Positions 27,341 to 38,941 of a stretch of 64,000 bases of DNA are shown here, piece by piece. Source of the DNA: Octopus sinensis (Eukaryota); contig NC_043002.1 in NCBI RefSeq assembly GCF_006345805.1, forward strand, positions 34,720,001-34,784,000, read 5' to 3'. Position 1 is the first letter of the stretch. The number at the start of each line of letters is the position of its first letter. The position numbers were made by a program, and so were the translations under genes. The notes under the pieces are model-generated. The model searched no databases. It was not told the origin of the DNA and saw only the letters and a program-made list of their open reading frames with translations.

Positions 27341-27690
27341 CCGATGCCAGCGCCGCCTCGACTGGCTTCCGTGTTGGTGGCACATAAAAAGCACCATCCG
27401 AATCGTGGCCGAAGCCAGTGCCGCCTCAACTGGCTTCTGTGCAGGTGGCACGTAAATTGCACCAATGCGACCGTGGCCGATGCCAGCCTCGCCTGGCTCC
27501 AGTGCAGGTGGCACGTAAAAAGCACCCACTACACTCGCGGAGTGGTTGGCGTTAGGAAGGGCATCCAGCTGTAGAAACATTGCCAGATAAGACCGGAGCC
27601 TGGTGCAGCCTTCTGGCTTCCCAGATCCCCGGTCGAACCGTCCAACCCATGCTAGCATGGAGAACGGACGTTAAACGATGATGATGATGA
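27341..27690 (+). mobile_element. Family B repeat with about 3 tandem 5' subrepeats of about 66 bp
   Basis: Repeating ccgatgccagc...ggtggcac(a/g)taaaaagcacc units, then the family B body and (GAT)n tail. CpG-rich, suggesting a young copy. Confidence 0.9.
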
Positions 27691-28649
27691 TATATATCAT
27701 CAGTTTTCAGGTATGAATTAAATTGTCCCCAGCATTGTTACATCATGAACAAGGACTTTAAATTGGATGTATAGTGACCTATAGAAGCATATATGACATT
27801 TGGTTGATGAAATTATTGTATAAATAATAATGATATACTTTGCTGAATATATGAGAAGCTGAGCTATTTCATAGCATAGTTTCAGGAGTTTTGTTTGAAA
27901 TTATAAAATCATAAAACAAATAAGTCTATGTTGTTCCACAGTTAAGCAAAAAATGCCATCATTACAGGATTAAAACAATGCAGTTAGTTTTCCCTCATAA
28001 CAGTGTATTGAATGAAGAAAGTGAAATATAATGACACTTGATATTGAATTTACTCTTTAGAGAAATGAGTCAATTCAGTATCATGTTACACACTCTCTCT
28101 TTCTCTCAGCAAGATTTTTAAAAAATGTAGGGTAAGCCACTTAAATCTCAGCATGCCAGTAACAGTTCTAATTACAAGGTACACAGCACTGCTGAATTTG
28201 ACCACACCCAAATGTCCCTGTTGCTTTATCAATCAATAAAATACAAGATGCTGAGTCAGACCCCAAAACTAGGTCACTACTCTATAGTTAATTATCTTTA
28301 TAAGACTTGTCTCAAATGACAAATACTCTACTTTTTCAGTCTCAGACACATACTTTTATATCATATATTCATTGAAGTCATTACATGTCTCCAAGCTTCC
28401 ATAAAAGCATCAATTACATTATTGTTGGTGCCATCAAAGACAGATTATAATGATGATAGCAAGAGATGACCTCTGAAAAAAAAACTATGATTAGAATCAC
28501 ATGTATAAAATTTTATTATGGTTATTACAGCAAAAAAATGGTATATTTATTTATTTTTAAAGAGAGACAAGATGGAGCATTTGTGTTTCAATATGATGTT
28601 TAATTTGTTTGATTAGAAATGACAAGGGGTTAAACATAGACTGTGTGTT

Positions 28650-30330
28650 AGAATAATTAAGTTTAAACTAACGTGGACAATATGAAAATGGCATATCTGC
28701 ATATCCACAACAATCGTGGCTGGTAGATAAAAGGATCACTTCAATGAGGACCTCCTACAGACTCGTTGATAACAAATGATAGTTACCTCAATAACATGGC
28801 TGGTAACTTTAATGGACATATTGGGTAACATCATGATGCCTTCGTCAGCATACATGGAGGCTAAGGATATGGTTCAAGGAATGAAGACTTCAACAATGCC
28901 CTTACCATTTGCAACACTAACTTCAAGAATCCAACTAGCTATTTGATCACCAACCAATCAGGTAGGCAAGTAAGGCAAAACAGACTTGCCAGCCAACATA
29001 GACTAGTTATCAGTAACCTTAGGATAAGAGCTAGACAGACTCAGGCATAAGACAGTCTAGAGAAAGAAGATATGGAAGTCAAAAGAACTCTCAGCCAGAC
29101 ATAGATTCAGAGAAGTATTAGCTAAGATATATCATGAGAGGAAGGAAGTGATTGAGATTTATAGCAGGACAACTTTGAATTTCTCTAAGACAAACTACTC
29201 TGAGCCATAAGCCAATATAGTTGCTAAAGTAAGAAGAGAGAGAAAAAACCTATAACCTAGACTATCAATTTGATGGACTAGGTTATGAAAGTTACTGAAA
29301 GAACTATAGCACAACTGATTAGGAAGAAATTTGGTCTAAATGTGAAATTTGGTTTTGTACCAGGATGGAATACCCCTAACACCTTCTTTCCAGAAATTCA
29401 ACTGCAGCAATACAAGAAATAAGCCACTATTTATTCATCAACCAAAGAAAGCCTTTTATAGCATTCCATGCTTTATAATCTAAAATAACACGTGGATAAA
29501 TAGCTTGTGAAAGTGATGCAAGCAAAGGGTAGAGGTACTATCAAGATGACAGCAACAAGTTCAGCAGAGAATTTTTCTGGCAGGTGGGTCTCAATCAGGC
29601 CTTAGTTCTCAGACTCATTCTGATCTAGTCTGCCAGACCATAAAAAGAGGAGTTTAAAAAGACTATAAAAAGAGGAGTTTAAGACTGGCTGCCCATGGAA
29701 ATATCTGTATGCTGATCAAGTAGTTCTTATAGCTGAACTTGTCAAAGATTTAGAGAAGTAATACCAAATCTGAAAGCAAAATCGAGAATGAGAGGCCACA
29801 AAGTAAATCTAGCAAGGTTTTAGTGAGCAGAAAAAAAAAACAGAATCTACTGCCAGTGAGAGAGTGGCCACACCCAATATGCAGGAAAGGAATAGGTAGT
29901 GTAAACTATGAACACTAAAAGGTGGTGTAGGATAACAAATGGGCTAATAGAAAATGAGTTTTTAGGTGGTAAATACACAAGAGAAAACTCCATAAAAGCA
30001 GTTAGATTTTATTACATAGGTGTCCTAATTAGCAGTGGAGGTGAGTGTTCCCAAAATATAGTTGCTAAAGTAGAGAGAGAAAATAGTCCAGAAATAATTA
30101 CCTTTAAAGACAACAAAGGGTTTCTCTCTCACAGTGAAGGGTAGATTGTATGATGTGTGTGTATGAAATACAATGTTGCATGTTAGCAAAATATAAGCCT
30201 TGAATGCAAAAGATATATGAAAGCTAAAAAAAAAATGAAGTGAGCATGCTCAGAAGAGTGTGTAATATTAGCAGGCATGAATTGTGAAGCACACACGAGT
30301 TGAAAGAAAAGTTGAATACATGAGTATTCC
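28650..30330 (+). mobile_element. Degenerate RTE-clade LINE (APE endonuclease and RT remnants)
   Basis: Broken frames give AGNFNGHIG...HGG*GYGSRNE (APE region), FGFVPG, GCPWKYLYADQVVLIAE (YADD box at 29708-29719), YIGVLISSGGEC and KGFSLTVKGRLYDVCV. Many stops and frameshifts. Confidence 0.85.
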
Positions 30331-30794
30331 AAGCAAGAAGACTGTGATGCTATGGGTGTGCAGTGTGTGTAGTGGATGACAGTTGTGTAAATAGGTGCCA
30401 CATACTCCAAGTGAATAGAACTTAGGACAAAGCTTGAGGAAGACAGGGGCAGAAATGGTGAATACTGTAATTGAACAAGGGGCAATTAAGACTGTACTGC
30501 ATCAATATCACCAACTTCCACTTCAGTACAACCTTCTAGTGCCATCTTTATTACTCTATCACATCCACTACTAACACTATTATCATCACCTCTTCTTCAA
30601 CACTACACAGCACCAAAAATTTCTTCACTACTAATATCATACCAACACTAACTTTACCTTTGGTGCTATTACATACATCACCACAGTTCCTACTATAACC
30701 CACTGCCTCTCAGCCACAACCCCACAGCTTATAGTATGGCCATCCCCAGCCTTATGCATAATTGTTTTTCTATCTAGTTTCAAGATGTAACTAT

Positions 30795-31075
30795 ACAGTG
30801 GCCTAGTAGCTAGGGTGTTGCACTCACAATTATGATCCCATGAGCTTGATTCCTGGACGGGGTAGTGTGTTGTCCTTGGGTAAAACACTTCATTTCTCTC
30901 ATTGTTCTGCAATGATTTTCACATTTGATGAGTGGTACAATGTGCACCTGTGCAAGCAATGGCAGTTTGATGGAGGGAGAGAGCTAATGTGCAGCACAAA
31001 CATTTGATCACTATAAACAGATCACTTGTGCAGACTGTTCAACAAGAAATTACAAAACTGTCTTTCTCAACCTCA
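30795..31075 (+). mobile_element. tRNA-derived SINE, family D (conserved-central-domain type)
   Basis: gtggcctagtagctagggtg (A box)...ttgattcc (B box)...tgtgttgtccttgggtaaaacacttcattt. Confidence 0.7.
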
Positions 31076-32639
31076 AGGAACTACCATTATATATCTTGTA
31101 AGGCATTTGGGACACTTTTCTTTATCTCTGTTGTCACTGATTACTCTGAGCTTTCCATGCCAGTGGCCTTGTTATTTCTCTCAGCTCATTTTTGTTTTCA
31201 CTATGACATTACCTGAGGCCATAAATGTTCTTTATTATTATTATTTTTTTTTTGTATATGTCTAAGTTTTACATTTGATTGAAGTCAAAGTAGGACAAGA
31301 CTGTACTGTTATACTGTTATTTAAAATTCAGAGGAAAATGTATCAGATCTTAGTAACTAAAGGAAAGCACAGATAATCATCTACATTTTGGCAGACAAAT
31401 GGCAGGCTGAGAGAGCAATGCAATCATCTAATTGGAGTTAACATACAATTGAATTGTTGAGTTTTTAGTCCTATAAATGCATAACTGTTTGTAACACTCC
31501 TATAATTAAAATGACACTCCTATAATTAAAATGATTCTATATATAGAATCAAATAACTCTCATAAAAAGGGATTCCTCAGTTTTATTTGTTGAACTAAAC
31601 AAATAGATACTATATAGTTAAACCAGAGTGAAAAAAATATTGATTCCATTCACAATAGATTCCTTCTTCCTTTCCACAGTTGACAAGTTAGTGTATATTC
31701 ACAATAGCTCTGATCAAACTAGCATAATAAAACTCAATAAATATGCAAAAGTTTGTTTATGGAAGGGTAAAACCAGAACAAATATAATCAATAGTATGAC
31801 ACCATGTTGTTAACAGCTTCAAATGCATAAAATAAAACAAGAGATATAATTATAAACATTTCACATTTTAGTTTTTATCCCCTTTAAACTCATACATACC
31901 CATACAAAATGCACATTTTTTCAATTAGCTGGCAATGTTTACAAGAAAAATAACTAAACATACTGCATTATTTATTATTATCATTATTGTCAAAAGTAGC
32001 AGCATCGACAAGTACAAGGTGTGGCCTTTACAGAGAGACTTTAAACAATTTATAAGAAAGGTTGTTACATGCAAGTGAACATCAAGTAGATCATCTCTTA
32101 GCAACTGAGAGTAGAGCTGTCTTCACTATAAACCACCACTCTAAATGTACACAATTACTATTCTACAAGAGAATTACAGAATATTAAGATGCTGCAAACC
32201 TCAGCTTCTTCTTTGGAAATAAACAGATCTCAGTAGAAAACAATATACTGAATAAAATAGTGGAATAGCTGGTCGTGTTTACAGGAGATTATTTCTTTGA
32301 GCTAACATTATTTTATCTCTATGAGATTATTTATGATGTAGTTTTACAGTTTACACCTTTCAGCTGCACATGAAACAAAACTGAAGCCTAAATAAAGGAA
32401 AAAAACATTTCAAATTAAATAAAAAATGCTATTACCGGGAATGTAACATAAAGGATTCCAAAGACTCAGTCTTCAGTGAAGTGACAGATTAATGATAATA
32501 CTTTATCCTTAATAAAATTGCTTTAAGTGATGACCTTATGAAAATAGTAAGATTACGAAACACCTCTCACACAGTAGACATAGTGATATAATATTAATGC
32601 ATAGAGAGTTTAAAATGAAGGACGTCACACAATATATTA

Positions 32640-32880
32640 CAATGATATCACACTAAATATGAAAAGAGGAAGGAGAGTGATGTCACACTGTATATGGAAG
32701 AAGAGAGAGAGGAAGGACAGTTATATCATACGATATATGAAGAGAGAGAGAGTGAGGAGAGTGATATCACACTATGTATGGGGAAGGAGAGAGAAGTAAA
32801 ACAGACAGGCCATAATATCATACCATATATAGGGAAATACAATTGAACAGTAATGATATCATACAATGTATGGGGAGAGC
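32640..32880. repeat. Degenerate minisatellite, unit gtgatatcacactgtatatg(ga)n
   Basis: About six imperfect repeats of tgatatcacact/tatcatac followed by purine runs. Confidence 0.7.
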
Positions 32881-33572
32881 TAGTACCTAAAGAATAATAT
32901 ATATGAAGAAGAGCTGATGAACAATGTTATATCCTAAAGAGAAACTTTATTTTTACTCTCATATAACTTCATTTATAAAACAATCACTAAACATATCTCT
33001 AATAATTCAAATCATCTGCTACACTCTTAAACAGGAAGATATTGTATAATGTAATCCAAATATATAATACCTGAAAATTAGCTGAGGTGGTCATGGCTAG
33101 AACATTGTTGATGTTAGACTCAAGACAGACCTAGGGCTAGATAACAACCAAGTTTTTCCTTCCTATTTAGTAATACTAAACAATTTTCTCTTCCTCTCTC
33201 TGTCACACAACATTTCAATTGAAAAAAAAAGACATAAACATAAAGACACACAAGAAAAGTTTAAAGCCAAGTTATGTGAAAAGTTATATTTTTATTATAT
33301 ATTACTTAACCTTTTCAATATTTACTCCACTTAAAACAAGGTCCCACTTTAACCAACACTAAGCTTTCTATTAAGCCATGAAGTATGTGTCTTAGCAGTC
33401 AACTGAATAATGTCAAGTGTACAACTTTTCAAACTTTTCAGTAATCTTTACCTTTACAACAAAACTATTATTTCTTTTGCCATTTTAGTTTCATTAATAT
33501 ATGGAAGATAAGAAAAACAAGAGAGCCAAACCAAAGTGAACATTGATTGTTATAGTTCATAAGGCTGTTATT

Positions 33573-34014
33573 GAGGAGGAGGAGGAGGAAGAAAATGAAG
33601 AAGAGGGAGAAAAGGAGGAAGAAAAGGAAGAGGAGAAAGGAGAGGGAGAAGAGGAAAAGGAAAAAGAAGGGGAGGAAGAAAATGAAAAAGAGGGAGAAAA
33701 GGAAGAGGAGGAATGGGAAGAAGAAGAGGAAGAAGAAGGGAGGAAGAAAATGAAGAAGAGGAAAAAATGAAGAAGAGGAAGAAAAGGAAGAAGAGGAAGA
33801 AAAGGAAGAAGAGGTAGAAGAAGAAGAGGTAGAAGAAGAAGAAGAAGAAGAGGTAGAAGAAGAAGAGGTAGAAGTAGAAGAAGAAGAAGAAGAAGAAGAA
33901 GAAGAAGAAGAAGAAAAAGAAGAAGAAAAAGAAGAAGAAGAGGCAAGAGGAGGGAAGGAAGAAGAAGGGGCTGGAGGAGGGGAGGATAGGAAGAAGTGGG
34001 GGGAGGAGAAGAAA
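33573..34014. repeat. About 440-bp polypurine (GAA/GAG)n low-complexity tract
   Basis: Almost entirely G/A on the + strand, with a (GAA)n core at about 33826-33940. It generates the spurious poly-E/K/F/L/S ORFs. Confidence 0.95.
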
Positions 34015-34532
34015 TGTTATTGTACAAATTACAGACAACATTACAAGGATTACAACTTATCATAAAAGGGTGAAAGGAAAGGAGAAAGCAACGATAAACA
34101 AAAGCATAATGCACAGGATAAAACACAAGAAGACAGAGAAGTAACCAGTAAAAAAAGCCATAAAGAGGAAATGGTGCATAGGCATGTCAGGAGTAATGTT
34201 GGCAAATTTTGGAAAGCACGAAATTTTTGTACTGTCTTGACAGCGAACAACTGATGCCGGTAGTTTATTCTATCCTTCAACAATTCTGGGTATGAAAAAA
34301 ATGTTTTCAAATGTCATGAGTACTGCACTGATTTCTGATTTTATAAGTATGTCCATGGGTGGTGGAGATATTGAATTCAAAAAGGTGACCAAAGCTGTTG
34401 TTAAAAATATAGTAGAAAATCTTGTGGGCTTCTATCAAGTCAGCTGCAATGGTCTTCAACAGGATCCATATAAGATATTTGGGGGTTCATGCAACAAAAT
34501 AGTAAATTAAGGATCCACAATAGAATTTTAAG

Positions 34533-34793
34533 CAGGGCTATGGAGTCGGAGTTGTAAACTATTAAGGGGTAGTCAGAGTTGGTAAAACTATATTGACTGA
34601 CTCCGACTCACAATATCTTTATTCTTTAATATAAACCAGTTATAATTATACATATAGGCCTACTCAAAGTACAAGCATATACATATACTTTATGAGACAT
34701 GTAGACTACAATCACTTAATTATATAAAGAGTCGGAGGTGTCAATAGTAGAGGAGTCAGAGTCAAAGTATTTTGTTTTGACTCCACAGCTTTG
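34533..34793. mobile_element. hAT-superfamily MITE
   Basis: TIRs cagggctatggagtc / gactccacagctttg (12/15). Perfect 8-bp TSD ATTTTAAG at 34525-34532 and 34794-34801. Subterminal GGAGTC(G/A)GAG repeats. Confidence 0.9.
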
Positions 34794-35109
34794 ATTTTAA
34801 GGGCTCCTGAAAAAATTCTGCTTTAAATGCATGTATTGGTATGTATTGCAGAAATGTCTAGGTTTCTTTCTCTAACATTTTATATGATTCAACCTACACA
34901 AGTTTATGTGCAAAAAACAAAATAGGAATTTTGAAAGAAGTTTCTAATAAAACTAGTTTTTAAACATCAAATGACTTTGGGAATCCACAACAATAAAATA
35001 GCGATCAAATGGTTGACAATTCCTGTTTTAGTGCGTCCAATGTTCAGTATGAACATCAATCTTGTATGAATTGTAAATAAGCAATAAATATTATGATTTG
35101 TAAAATAAG

Positions 35110-36810
35110 TATAACTGATACAGGGTGTCACATGTCAGTGTGGTGTGGAAGTTTGGTTTCATTTTTTAAGAATTTTAAGCATTCAAAGTATGAGTTCATT
35201 GTACTAGGACAAACTTATGAAATGTTGTGGAATGAAAAATTTTTGTACTATCATCATAAAATTTGAACTTGAAAAATACAGAATTATTGTAGTTATGAGC
35301 ATTCATAGTGTAATGAAATTTAATTGAAAACCTTGCCTGCATTGGCAGAATTTAGTTATTTGGAGATGTTGAAAAAATGTCTCTTAATGCAATGTGTAAA
35401 TTAATTACAGCAATATATATATAACTGTTTAGATAATGAATTAGAATAGACGAAGCATTCAAAGTATGAGTTCATTGTACTAGGACAAACTTATGAAATG
35501 TTGTGGAATGAAAAATTTTTGTACTATCATCATAAAATTTGAACTTGAAAAATGCAGAATTATTGGAGTTATGGGCATTCATAGTGTAATGAAATTTAAT
35601 TGAAAACCCTGCCTGTATTGGCAGAATTTAGTTATTTGGAGATGCTGAAAAAATGTCTATTAATGCAATGTGTAAATTAATTACAGCAATATGTATATAA
35701 CTGTTTAGATAATGAATTAGAATAGACGAAGAATAATTGTTTTATTTTGTAAATATGAAACATAATGAATCAGAGACTTATTTGAGATCACCGTTATCAC
35801 ATTAGAGGAGATTGTGAAGTAGAAGCACCCAGTCTCTGACTCCTCATGGCATTTTAAAGGGAACTTTATGAAGGCTAATTTATTAAAGGTAATATATGAA
35901 TGTAGTATATATGTATAGAAATATATGAATGAAGTGTTAAAAGAAAGTGCAATAATAATGTTCACACTCATTGGTGGTCGCTGTCAGTAACTGCATTTAG
36001 CTTCCGGGAGTTCTTGTTTTTATAACTATCAAAAAGCAGCCAGAAGGATAGACATATTGTTGAGAAAAATGATTTCATTGGAGGTCTGCTATCTCCATTC
36101 CAGCCCCTGGTGGCCTAGAAAAGGTTAGAAGGGTCAAGTGGCAAAGACATTATTCTACTTAGCAGAAGCATCTGGGAAATGTATAACTGTTGTCATTCAT
36201 AGAAAAACTATAGTTTTACCATGAGAAAAGCACTATTGAAGTGCTAAGTGAAATTTGGCAATCAAGGATTGAATCCACGCCATGTCTGCTTAAAGCCACT
36301 ACAAATACGTTGTGGAAAAAAAAATTATTTACTGTCATGGAGAAAGTGTAACTCTAAAAATGTAGAATTATCGGAGTAAGTGGCATTCAGAAAAGTATGT
36401 ATGTATAGAAATGTATGAATGAAGAGATTCAAATTAAGGAAGCGCAATAATAATGTTTAGCAGTTCTAAACTGTGAGTAGTGAAATGCAGAATTAGGTTA
36501 GCTGATCATTGGTTCAAAGTAATCAAACATAAACAATGAAATGGTTATTTCCCTTGAGTGTTTAAAAAAAATATTGCGTAGATGGTATGAGTTATTTCCC
36601 TTGGGTGTTTAAAAAAAATTAGTTTTATAAGGTATATATAAAAGACCCTTCCAGGGGTCGTATTATCGATTCTTTCAACAATCTAAGTACGTCACAAGGT
36701 TTCCAGACATGAGTTCTACCCATGTGTCAAGTTTCATCAAAATCAATATAACGATGTAGGAGGAGTTAGCTAACAACGCCACAAACAAACACGCACCAAT
36801 TTTCCACATT
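35110..36810 (+). mobile_element. Probable Helentron-associated/DINE-1-like non-autonomous element with internal duplications
   Basis: The 3' part catgtgtcaagtttcatcaaaatcaatataacgatgtaggaggagttagc...acaaacaaacac (36721-36792) resembles the DINE/HINE core followed by an (ACAA)n repeat. There are internal repeats (35901-35962 vs 36395-36457; 36541-36572 vs 36588-36619). The 5' boundary is uncertain. Confidence 0.45.
35177..35728. repeat. Tandem duplication, 2 x 276 bp
   Basis: Units 35177-35452 and 35453-35728 both start aagcattcaaagtatgag and end gaatagacg, with a few substitutions. Confidence 0.95.
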
Positions 36811-36962
36811 CATCATCATCATCATCGTTTAACGTCCGTTCTCCATGCTAGCATGGGTTGGACGGTTCGAGTTCTAGCCAGAAGGCTGCACCAGGCTCCA
36901 GTCTAATTGGCAATGTTTCTACAGCTGGATGCCCTTCTAACGCAACCACTCGTGAGTGTATG

Positions 36963-36965
<3 letters not shown>
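36811..36965 (-). mobile_element. Family B repeat, 3' part
   Basis: catcatcatcatcatcgtttaacgtccgttctccatgctagcatgggttgg... Confidence 0.85.
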
Positions 36966-37020
<55 letters not shown>

Positions 37021-37022
<2 letters not shown>

Positions 37023-37197
37023 TTTATTCTTTAGTTTCAGTCATTTGACTGTGACCATACTGAAGCATCACCTTGAAGGGTTTTAGTCAAACAAATTGAT
37101 ACCAGAACTTATTTCTTAAGCCTAGAACTTATTCTATCAGTGTCTTTTGTCAAACTGCTCAGTTATGGGGGAATAAACATACCAGCATCAGTTGCCA
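37021..37197 (-). mobile_element. SINE family A, tail half
   Basis: tttcagtcatttgactgtgaccatactgaagcatcacc...accagcatcagttg. Confidence 0.8.
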
Positions 37198-37546
37198 GGC
37201 TATCAGATGTTGTTACACATTGCTTGTCACAATGAGCTTTACATTGTTTAAGCCTTCAAATGATGTCATCCCACTGGCTAGGTAAGCAGGCCAACATTCT
37301 CTCCACCTGATTGAAAGGGGGACAGGAGCAACATGAAATGAAGTGTTTTGCTCACTTTATCAACATTAAAAGTGCAAAATTGTAAAGATCTTTTGGATGT
37401 TGGAATGACGAGGAATTAGCTATGAATTTTCTGTTTGTTATGTTTTTGTAAAATTTTCTGTTTGTCATGTTTTTGTTAAATTTTTGAAGGCAGTGCTCCA
37501 GCATGGCTGCAATCAAGTGACTGAAACAAGTAAAAGAATATGTATA

Positions 37547-37960
37547 GGTGCAGAAGTGGCTGTGTGGTAAGTAGCTTGTTTATCAACCACATGGTTCTGG
37601 GTTCAGTCACACTGCGTAACACCTTGGGCAAGTGTCTTCTACTATAGCCTCGAACCAACCAAAGCCTTGTGAATGGATTTGGTAGACAGAAACTGAAAGA
37701 AGCCCATCATATATATATATGTGTGTGAGTGTGTGTGTGTGTTTCTGTGTCTTTGTTTGTGTTCCCCCCACACACAACATCGCTTGACAACTGATGCTGG
37801 TGTGTATGTCACCTGTAACCTAGCAGTTCCGTAAAAAAGAGACCAATAGAATAAGTAGTAGGCTTACAAAGTATAAGTCCTGGGACGATTTGCTCAACTA
37901 AAGGTGGTGCTCTGGCATGGCTGCACTCAAATGACTGAAGCAAGTAAAAAGAATAAAAAG
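37547..37960 (+). mobile_element. SINE family A, full length, preceded by a tail fragment at 37484-37540
   Basis: ggtgcagaagtggctgtgtggtaagtagc...gactgaagcaagtaaaaa. Confidence 0.9.
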
Positions 37961-37987
37961 AAAAAAATATATATGTATATACACAAT

Positions 37988-38146
37988 GAGCTGCTTTCAG
38001 TTTCCGTCAACCAAATCCACTCACAAGGCTTTTGTGAGCTTTAGGCTATAGTAGAAGACAGTTGTCTAAGGCACTACACAGTGGAACTGAACCCAAAATC
38101 TTGTGGTTGGGAAGCAAGCTTCTTACCACACTGCCACACCTGTACC
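37988..38146 (-). mobile_element. SINE family A, head half, inverted against the adjacent copy
   Basis: ctttcagtttccgtcaaccaaatccactcacaagg...cttaccacactgccacacctgtacc. Confidence 0.85.
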
Positions 38147-38615
38147 TACATATATATATATCATTGCTATTATGCTAAACTGTAGTGTGTCCAAATTTGA
38201 CCAAATGCACTTTTTTTAATATTTATTTTTGCTTGCAATAGCCAGTACTTTTTGTTGAACTACTGTATCTCCAGCTGGTTCAGATGCCAAGATATCAAAA
38301 ATTGTCAAAGTGTAGTACAACAATTTTGCTATGGAATGTTGAAACTAGTTTTTCATTTTATGGAAAAGCAGTGTGTTGGACTTACATAATAGCAACGATA
38401 TATCAAATGATAGCAGTCTCCTCCAACCAGAACACAGATGTGGCAGTGCATGTTGATACACATACATGGGTAGTAATAAAATACAAATAAAAAAATTGAA
38501 GGGATTTATTTTAAATGGTATTAGAAATATCATTTAAACTATTTGAATTGAGTCTCAATCCAGCAAAATAAATCACTTAAATAAATAATATAAAGGTCGA
38601 AATCGATCAAAAATC

Positions 38616-38941
38616 AATGGAAATTGTAGTTGTGATACCAGTGCCGGTGGCATGTAAAAGAACCATCTGAACGTGGCCGTTGCCAGCGCTGCCTTGACTG
38701 GCCTCCATGCCGGTGGCATGTAAAAAGCACCAACCGATCTTGGCCGTTGCCAGCCTCGCCTGGCATGTAAAAAGCAACCACTACACTCACGGAGTGGTTG
38801 GCGCTAGGAAGGGCATCCAGCTGTAGAAACACTGCCAGATCAGACTGGGCCTGGTGCAGCCTCCTGGCTTCCCAGACCCCAGTTGAACCGTCCAGCCCAT
38901 GCTAGCATGGAAACGGACGTTAAACGATGATGATGATGATG
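38616..38941 (+). mobile_element. Family B repeat with tandem 5' subrepeats
   Basis: gccggtggcatgtaaaaagcacc units, body, and gatgatgatgat tail. Confidence 0.9.

Noticed and set aside
27284-27658. Overlapping 75-112 aa ORFs in a GC-rich patch, and a CRISPR-like look of the repeated units
   Set aside because: These are family B subrepeats with no unique spacers; eukaryotic context, no cas genes.
31494-31533. 20-bp tandem duplication (also a 27-bp one near 37425-37480)
   Set aside because: Ordinary slippage-type duplications with no further structure.
33543-34126. Poly-E, poly-K/R, poly-L/F/S ORFs up to 189 aa
   Set aside because: Translations of the GAA/GAG low-complexity tract, with no splice or domain support.
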